Position numbers and translations under genes: made by a program
Part shown: in pieces, positions 55,521 through 64,000 of the stretch
Layout: every line of letters starts with the position of its first letter
Numbering within the stretch: position 1 is the stretch's first letter
Notes under the pieces: model-generated
Databases searched by the model: none
The model's input: only the letters and a program-made list of their open reading frames with translations
What the model was told of the DNA's origin: nothing
Source of the DNA: Chrysomallon squamiferum
Taxonomy: Eukaryota; Animalia; Mollusca
Assembly (NCBI GenBank): GCA_012295275.1
Contig: CM022667.1
Coordinates: forward strand, 12,090,001-12,154,000
Length of the DNA: 64,000 nt
Reading direction: 5' to 3'

Positions 55521-57685
55521 TAATAATAATCAGATAAATAATAAATACACTGGAATTATCAATTTGAGCTGAGAAGGTCACTCGATCCCGAAACCTCTAA
55601 GCTACGAAAGAGCAAGATGTTTCTCTCCATTTTCTTTGATACTTAATGTTTGTTTTACAAGCTCAACCAGATACAGGATCAGTAGAACAGTGTGTTTACA
55701 GAAACCACTCTGCCTCCCTCTCATGTTTGCGTGGGGCGCGAGTTAACTCGAACCACGTGATGCAAACACGAAGCAGCTCCTCGCTAGCCTCGTTTTAATT
55801 GGACACTCAATCTAATTGTCTTGTTTACAGAAAAACATAAAACAAACAGACATTGCCAGAAAATGGTAACACACGGAAAAGAATCAAAGGGAAGAGATTG
55901 TTTTTTTTTTGTTTTTTTTTTCACCACCTTTCAGATCTACACTTTGTTTGTTTGTGTGTTCGTTTTATCATTATACTTTCGACCTTTTTTCTGTCTTTGT
56001 TTCTTCTTTTTTCACTTCTTCTTCTTTTTTTTTTTTTTTTCTTCTTTGTGTTTCTATGGGATTTTCTCACATTTAATTACTGTCTGATGGTATTTTTACA
56101 TCACTACATAGATTAAAGACACGTGGTAAAATCTTTACGAGCATATTTAAGTGTATTTGTTTTTATCATGCACGATTTCTAGGAATTGTATTTAATTTTA
56201 AATATATTTCTTTTATTTGATGACATGCACGTTATTCAAGTTTGCGAAGCTGATACTTTTGAAATTTTGATTTCGATTTTGCCAGTTTCAAAGATTCGAA
56301 CTTCATTATATGCATCAGCTATTGGATCTTGTCGGTTTTTTTTTTTGGTGGTTTTTTTTTGTTTTTTCGAACACGGGACCTATGGTTCTCAAAATAAAAT
56401 CAAGCGACAATTGTATCAAAGTGATTATTTTAACGATAATAAAACACGTTAAACGAAACAAGTGAAACTCATAATCAGCTAACGAATTGGGACCCGGGTA
56501 CATCTGGCCTTTAATAAACAACGCAAAGAAATTTTTTACCAAAGGGACAGTTCGATCACTTTCCCCATCAACGTATACACCACGATTTCCAAGTTTAATT
56601 AAAACTTCACCCTGATAGCGTGCCGGATTTTGTTCAGCATTCGTGTTTAACGCCGAGAAAGACAATAAATAAGCAGACTTTCATTTTCAAGTGTTGTTGT
56701 TTTTTCTTTTTTTCTGTTTAATCTAAGACTTCTTTCTTTTTTTTTTTTTTTCTTCTTCTGTAACGACGTCTTGCTTGTTTTACCACAAGTCATTCGTGCC
56801 GTGTCGTTATCACCAGTGTTTTACATCACTCGACGTCCAGGTGCACCCGGTTCAAATACTCCTAGGGGAATTCCCAACTGCTGTTCTCCTCATCAGTCGC
56901 GACGGCCACCCAGGCAATTGATTGTCATTAACATACACTGTTTATTACCCACGTGTGTGCTTAATGCCGTCGTCGTGAATGGAGGTCGCGCGCGCTTTGC
57001 GCGAGCTTATCGCCTGAATGGTACGAAAAGAAAAGATCCAAATCTCCTTATAACAGTTATGATTATTGGTTCTCTATATCTTAATAAATGGGCATAATAA
57101 GGAAATAAAGGGGAATAATTCTCCATTGTTGCTTTAAGAACTCTCCGTCAAGAAGTTAAGAAGGTACTGGACTCTCGCGAGACTTCGGCCTCACTTTGAT
57201 GTCAATATTTACTCAGCTGGGCACGCGCATTTCGACAATGATTAGCGAGACGAAGCAGTCGGCTATTAAGTGGTGGAAGTTATCATTTACACAAATAAAA
57301 CGAAATTTGCGTGATTAATACTAATTGGAAACTTCGCTGATGTTAAAATAAAAATCATACCTGTTGTTGGTTAACAAGTTCTGAAAACAGAAGGCGATTT
57401 TTTGGTTGTTTTATTTTCCATGTCTTATTAAATTAATCTCGGTCTTTTTTTCCCCCTACAGTAATCTGAAGTCAATAACACTCGAGAAGAAAATAAAGAA
57501 AAAAGAAAAGAAAGAAAAAGGAAACGAGAAAGCTAATTGAAATATATAGCAGAGTATTGCATGTTATATTTTGGAACATGGTTTTTTTGTTCAGCAGTTT
57601 TTTTTTTTTAACAATCTTGCTTTGGTAGTAAAATAAATATTCATTCGTAATTAACGAAACACCCGAAATTTCACAGAAAAAAACC

Positions 57686-57745
<60 letters not shown>

Positions 57746-58284
57746 GAAGAAGAAGAAGAAGAAGAAGAAGAAAAGAAGAAGAAGAAGAAGATGTCAAAGA
57801 AGAAGAAGAACGACAACAACAAGTTGCAGTTCACAACGTTTGTTTTAAAACGTGACTTGAGCATGAACCATAAAAGTGATTAAATATGAAGAAAGTTATT
57901 CCTTGTCTATTACAGAACTGATTTATCTCAATAACTCAAAACTTCATTTTACCAGAAATCTAAAATTACTCCCACGTAATTCTAAAAGTGCATTTTTCAG
58001 ACTTCCAAAATGACTCATCAACAAATTCATGGTTTTTCAATAATTCTGAATGTTCTCATAAATTACAAAAACAGATTTCTACATAACTGTAGAAGAGAGT
58101 ACATAGAATGAATTACTTTTTTAAAATATAAAGTAACGTACGTTTCTTTAGAATTCAGAAAGTAAAATCTCCATTTATGTAACAGTGACGTCTTCACAAT
58201 TTAATGTCTAATAAAATTCGAGAACCAGAAAATACAAATTATATAAAAAAATAATTGATTTATTCTAATTTTATAAAATGAATT

Positions 58285-58427
<143 letters not shown>

Positions 58428-58564
58428 CATTCTTTCACTTCTTTCAATTGTTATTTTTCCCCCACCGTATCCTCTTGTCATTAATCATCAAAACGAAATG
58501 GATAAACAATATTTTTTATTATTATTATTTTTTTTTTACACTTTCGATTGGTTTGTTTCTCGCT

Positions 58565-58602
<38 letters not shown>

Positions 58603-59903
58603 CGTTTATTTCTAACACTATCGTTTTAATAATTTGAAAGCTTAGGCCAGTATTTGCGTTCTTCAAGGGGTCATTAGTTCTCTAGGACTATAATGACGAA
58701 AATCGTTTTGCTAAATGCGAAAATTTCGCTTCGCGATCACCGCGCATTTCATTAAAGGCGATGATGACATGGTTTGCAGCGTAACAAGCTATTGGCGTGC
58801 GTTCGTTAAAAACCATAATTACAGAAGCTCATTTTTGAGTGCGCAAGGTATTATTACCATCTCAGAACCAGTTTCCGCTGTGTTCTCGTATCGACAATTA
58901 CCTGCGAATGACGACTAAAACGATGTTAAAATTTGTATACGAGCACAAAGAAAGGCGTTGGCAGCCATGCGAAAACAGACCGGAAATAGGAAAGATAGAC
59001 TTATTTCCCCTTCGACACGTGACTTTCGACAGAAATGGCCGTCGTGATTTGCATTTCTCACGCTCCGGATTTTTTTTTTTTTTTTTTTTTTTTGTTATTA
59101 TTATTCGCCAGTGAACTTTTTGTATCGATTTTATTTCTTTTTTTCTTTTAAAAAAAAAAAAAAAAAATTAACTTCCATTTAAATGTGATTAAAAAGAAGT
59201 CAAACAGCAGAAAATAATATTTAATAACACCGCGACGAGTTATGTTCAAAAACATTAAACAAAACGTAGAAATAAAAAAAATAAAAAATAAAAAAAAATA
59301 TCTCGTTTGTACCGTAATCACTGCAGCTTCACGAAGACAAAGACTTTCTAATGATTTCGCAACTGTTTGCCCTCCAACTCGAAAACACTCCCACCTTTAT
59401 CAGATCTCGCCGGGAAAAACTTCGCTGACAATACGTCACGCGTCCTTTAAATTCGTTGCCCCATTGTTGCTAATGAAAAAGTAAACCTATAAACGTTAAC
59501 TGTTGACAGTATTTTAATATAATAAAAAAGCGGAGAGGCTTATACTCCGACCTCCGAGGTCGGACACAATAAAACGTCGACAATGCGTTAATTGAGGAGA
59601 ATCGATAGAGCAAACTTTCCTTTCGTTCTTGGCGCTTTCGTTACGTGGGAAAAATAAACGTAGATGTTGTTCTTGTAATGTAAGAAGAAAGAAGACAAAC
59701 GGGTTCGGAGTCGGGTGGGTGGAAATTAGTCTGCGATTTGCTGGAAAAATATCGTGGGTGGATTGGAAGTTATTTCGAAAGAAATGACGCTGAATCTGAA
59801 GCAGAAATTATGTCTTGAATTTTTTTTTTTTTTTTTTTCTTGTTTTTTAGTTCGTTGTTTATTTCACATTGTATTTTATTTATTTATTAATTTCACATTT
59901 ATT

Positions 59904-59958
<55 letters not shown>

Positions 59959-61342
59959 TTCATTTATTTGTTTGTTTGTTTGTTTGTTTGTCTAGCTAAT
60001 TTAATTTTTGGACTTGGGTCGTTATATGTTTTTAATGTTCTAATTAAGACATTAAATATTTGTTGTGATTCTTTCATCATTCAATCATCTGTATTTTATT
60101 TATTTATTTATTTCATATTATTCTTTGTTGCATTTTTGTATTGCTTTTTTGTTGTTTTTTTTCGGTGGGGGGGCGGTTTTGGGGAGATGGTAGTGTTTCT
60201 TGAAGGGTTACATTTTTAATTTTAAAAGATTTTGGTTTCAGTGCTTTTTTGTAATTCCTTGATTATCGTTTGTTTAATTCTTTCATTTATTCATTACTTC
60301 TTCTTGCTTTCGTTTTTTACAAATGTAACTTTTTTGTTCTTTCGCAATTTCATTCTTTCTATTTTAATTTTTCTTTTTCAGTTTCGTTCTTTTATTTTCT
60401 ATTTAATTCTGTGGCTAATCTTGTATCTCGGTATTTTTTGTCCGACTGCTGTCAATATCATTTTTTTTTTTTTTTTTTTTTTTTTTTTCTGTCTATATAA
60501 AATCTTCTTTCATTTCAAATAATGATTTGTTGGTTTGTTAAATAATATTATTTTAAAGCTTTATCGTGTTTTATTTTTTGTTATATATTTATTTATTTAT
60601 TTATCTATTTATTTATTTATTTTATCGTATTCATAATATCAAAAAAAAAAAACAAAATTTACAAAAAAATTGTTATTTACAACAGAAAAATAATCGCAAA
60701 TGAATTTTAACTAATAAACCAACCAACCAAACAAACAAACAAACAAACAAATAAACAAAACAGACAAACAAACATATAGACAGGCAGGTAGACAGACATA
60801 GATATAATTATTTCTTCTTCAGCCGATGTTGATACAATATTGTAAAAGTAGTAGTAGTAGCAGTAGTAACAGTAGTAACGATAGTAACAGTACCAGAAGA
60901 TGTTAATGTTGTAGTAGCAGTAGTGGTAGTAGTAGTGGTAGTAGTATTAACAGTACTGAGCGTGGTGCATGGTTGTAGTAGTATTAATAGCAGTAACTGT
61001 ATTATTTATTATTAGTTGAATTGTTATTAGTATTAATAGTAATAATAACAGAAATAATTTTTATGTAAATGATCCACATACATATGTCGGTGTCCTATTT
61101 ATACAGAATATTAAAGAAGAAAGATGGAAGATAATTAAGAAAATATTACCTGATACACATGAATCTCATTTTATCTGTTCCTATCTCTTACATTTCCCTA
61201 ATTACGTCTACGTTCATTCTCTTTCCTGTATCTACTTTGTCTCCTTCTTTTTCTTCTTCTTCTTCTTCTTTTTTTATTTATTTATTTTTAATTTTTTATG
61301 TTGTCTGTTTCCGTTTGAAATCTTTTTTTGTGTAAACCTCTA

Positions 61343-61408
<66 letters not shown>

Positions 61409-62705
61409 TTCTGTCTTTACTTCCTATATTTTGTAACAAAGTGCTTGTGTAAATTTCTGAATATTTCGTCTTTTACAGCTCTGCTGGCGTTTGTTGACAT
61501 GTAATTGCCTCTCTAATTGGTCAAAACGAACTAACACATGCTTCAGCTTTTAAAGATTTTACAGTTTAACAGAATTCATTAAGTCGCTACTCTATCTCAA
61601 ACGTTCTCTAAATCTGACAGCAATGGCGCCCGCTGCACGTGCTGTGGTCCCTTATGTCACCAATAATTGAGTACAGCCAATGAAATTGTCTGATTCAATT
61701 TGCTGACGCTTTCCTCAAAACTGGTTCGCGTTTGCCCAAAGCATTCTTGTGTTACATATGTTTGAAGATATTTCAGAAGATACTGTTAACTGCATGAATT
61801 AAGTACCAGTCCGAATATTTAGAAAAAAAAAAAAAAAAAAAAAAATATAAATATAACCTCTGAGGCCCCGTTCAGGTTGAGAAATATGTTTATTCCCATA
61901 GCGAAGTGAAGGGAGATAATTGGCTAAATTGCGAAGGACAGTAATCGTTGACGGTTAAAATTGAAGCTTTCGTTACTTTCTAGATAAGAGAGCGATAAGT
62001 TAGGGGAGATTATTCCCTGTGATCTGAACGTTAGAGGGAGCTGATGAAAGAATTAAACTAATGTAGGGTGACTTCGAATGGTTTCTGGTCGGAGATTGTG
62101 TTAACCGAGGGAGACAGAAGAATTTAATTCACGCCGACTTCAAAGGGTTAAACGTTCCCTGCAATTAATACTTGATAGTCCATTGTTAGCAGAAGAGGGA
62201 CACGTATGTCGCAATGTTAAAACAACAAGGACTGCTGGATACATTAATTTTAACGTGTCCTGCTGCGATTCGTGAATAAACAAACTGATATCCAGAAAAG
62301 AGTACATACGGCCAACGCAGCCAGCCCCACCCAAATGTTACCACGCCCTTTTTTCCTTGAACCCGGAGATCTGCTCCTTATAAAGGTTCTTCATACACAT
62401 TTATTTGAATTTTAATAAGCTTTTTAAAGAAAGAAAGAAAATTAATAGAATTTAGTAAATTAGTAATACTAATAATAACAGTAAAGAATATGACAACAAA
62501 AACGATAACAACGACGAAGACACAAACAATAGGAATAACAATAATTATTATAACTACGATGATATGAAAACAAATTAGGAAAATAAATTTAAAGAATAAG
62601 ATAATAAAACAAAGAGACCCCTAAGAAACAATTAAAATCAGGTTAGGTATGAATGTATGTATAAATATATGCATAATGTTTATGTGTGTCTGTGTGCGTG
62701 TTATT

Positions 62706-62707
<2 letters not shown>

Positions 62708-62792
<85 letters not shown>
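62708..62792. repeat. (GA)n microsatellite
   Basis: Direct reading. Confidence 0.97.
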
Positions 62793-62795
<3 letters not shown>

Positions 62796-64000
62796 TTAGT
62801 TTCGCCCCAAAAACTACAAGAATTGAAAGAAATTGGCATCTAACAAAAGAAGGAAACATAAATAATAAATAATGAAATAACAGCGACGTGAATTATAGAA
62901 AAAATTCAAAATACGCGACTCAAATGAAAACATTTTTTTTAAAGAGAATCTTTTTGTATTATCGTTTATTTTGAATGAATTTACTGAATTTCAGAAAAGA
63001 CATTTCAAAGAGAATGGACGACGACAGCAGTGGAATTAATTTCGTTTTTGTCCAACAAGGAAAATACTGGAAAAATTTGTCGTTTCCACGTAGTCTTCTT
63101 CCCATTTCATTTCGTTGGCGGAAATTTGAATTCGGCGTGTGAAAAGCGACTGTTTGTGGTTAATACATTTAATCTGTAATGAAATCTTGAGTTAGCAAAT
63201 AAAATACAAAAGCTGGAGTCTGTATGATTAAGCGAAATCATGGTGTCATCAAGCGGGCTTCAGAAATGACCGAGATCGTCTGCAAACTGCGATGAAAGCA
63301 GCTGGCAGTAATGTCATCACCAGCCGAAGGCGGGAAGCCAAAAATCTCGCGAGACTGTACGAGATGCATTTCCGAGATCACACTTTTCATTTCCGCTGTG
63401 TGTTAGCTGGAGAATCTGATGATCTTGTGACATTCTTGACACAAAATAGACCAAAGAGTGACACGTGTTTACTCGCCTATCGGCATTTTCCACCGAAAAG
63501 AGTAACCGTGTCCGCACAAAAACGAATCTGAATTGGCGATAGAGGGCGCAATCTGACAGCGGAGTTTTTAATTTGACTAAGTGCCTGTGCTGCCAGTCTC
63601 GGTCTTTCCCAATCGAAAACGACAGCTAAAAAGAAGGCTCGGCAGAATCTCCTACCCAGTGTGTGCGCTTTTTTCTCCCCCCCCCAAGCAATCGACAGCT
63701 TTTAATCAAACACATTGATTTTAATTAAGCGAAAATGGGCACTCGCTGTTTCTCCGCGAACTCTGGGAAAACTCAGACAGAAACTGAAAATCCCGCAGTC
63801 GTCTGGCTGGCAAATGGAAGTTAAGTTTTGAAGGGACCTCACGCCGCGTGGAAACTCGACCCCTTAATTAGTTTGATTTGATACCACCAGATTTGTTAGT
63901 GCCAAGTTCTGACTCCGAGGAAATTGCAACTCGAGTCGCGGGCTGGGAGATAAAGCGAAGAACACAGATAAAGCCCTGTTTACATTCCGGGACTTACTCG

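Noticed and set aside
56790-56875. tRNA or SINE head suggested by B-box-like CCCGGTTCAAAT
   Set aside because: The T-stem does not pair, and I found no A-box or cloverleaf.
63292-63531. 79-aa ATG-initiated ORF near the window end as the start of a neighbouring gene
   Set aside because: No recognisable homology or clear donor; consistent with chance in a GC-richer island.

Overview
Eukaryotic (animal) genomic DNA, very AT-rich and full of microsatellites and homopolymers. It holds one protein-coding gene: a five-exon Iroquois (Irx) TALE-class homeobox gene on the + strand. I assembled it by hand from GT-AG sites with consistent phases: 29529-29585, 31574-31813, 36350-36459, 40478-40806, 42207-42844 (1374 nt, 457 aa). 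It has an N-terminal Cys-rich IRO-A motif, an intact TALE homeodomain with Ala50 (WFAN), an acidic tail and an IRO box. The IRO-A form points to a non-vertebrate bilaterian; mollusc/lophotrochozoan is my guess, not demonstrated. About 29 kb upstream and 21 kb downstream are gene-free. The window alternates roughly every 1.5-2 kb between short CpG-rich, TF-motif-dense islands and low-complexity AT spacers. The most striking unexplained pattern is a strand-composition flip at most islands: A/C-rich repeats on the 5' side and T/G-rich repeats on the 3' side. Other notable items: a PBX-MEIS plus multi-CCAAT promoter, a triplicated GATA cassette in intron 2, a stop codon embedded in a perfect splice donor, a possible Deu/Nin-type SINE relic near the promoter, a decayed MITE, a 122-bp AT palindrome, and an orphan NRF1/YY1 promoter-like element downstream. 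Nearly all other ORFs in the track are microsatellite artefacts. All motif counts were made by eye.
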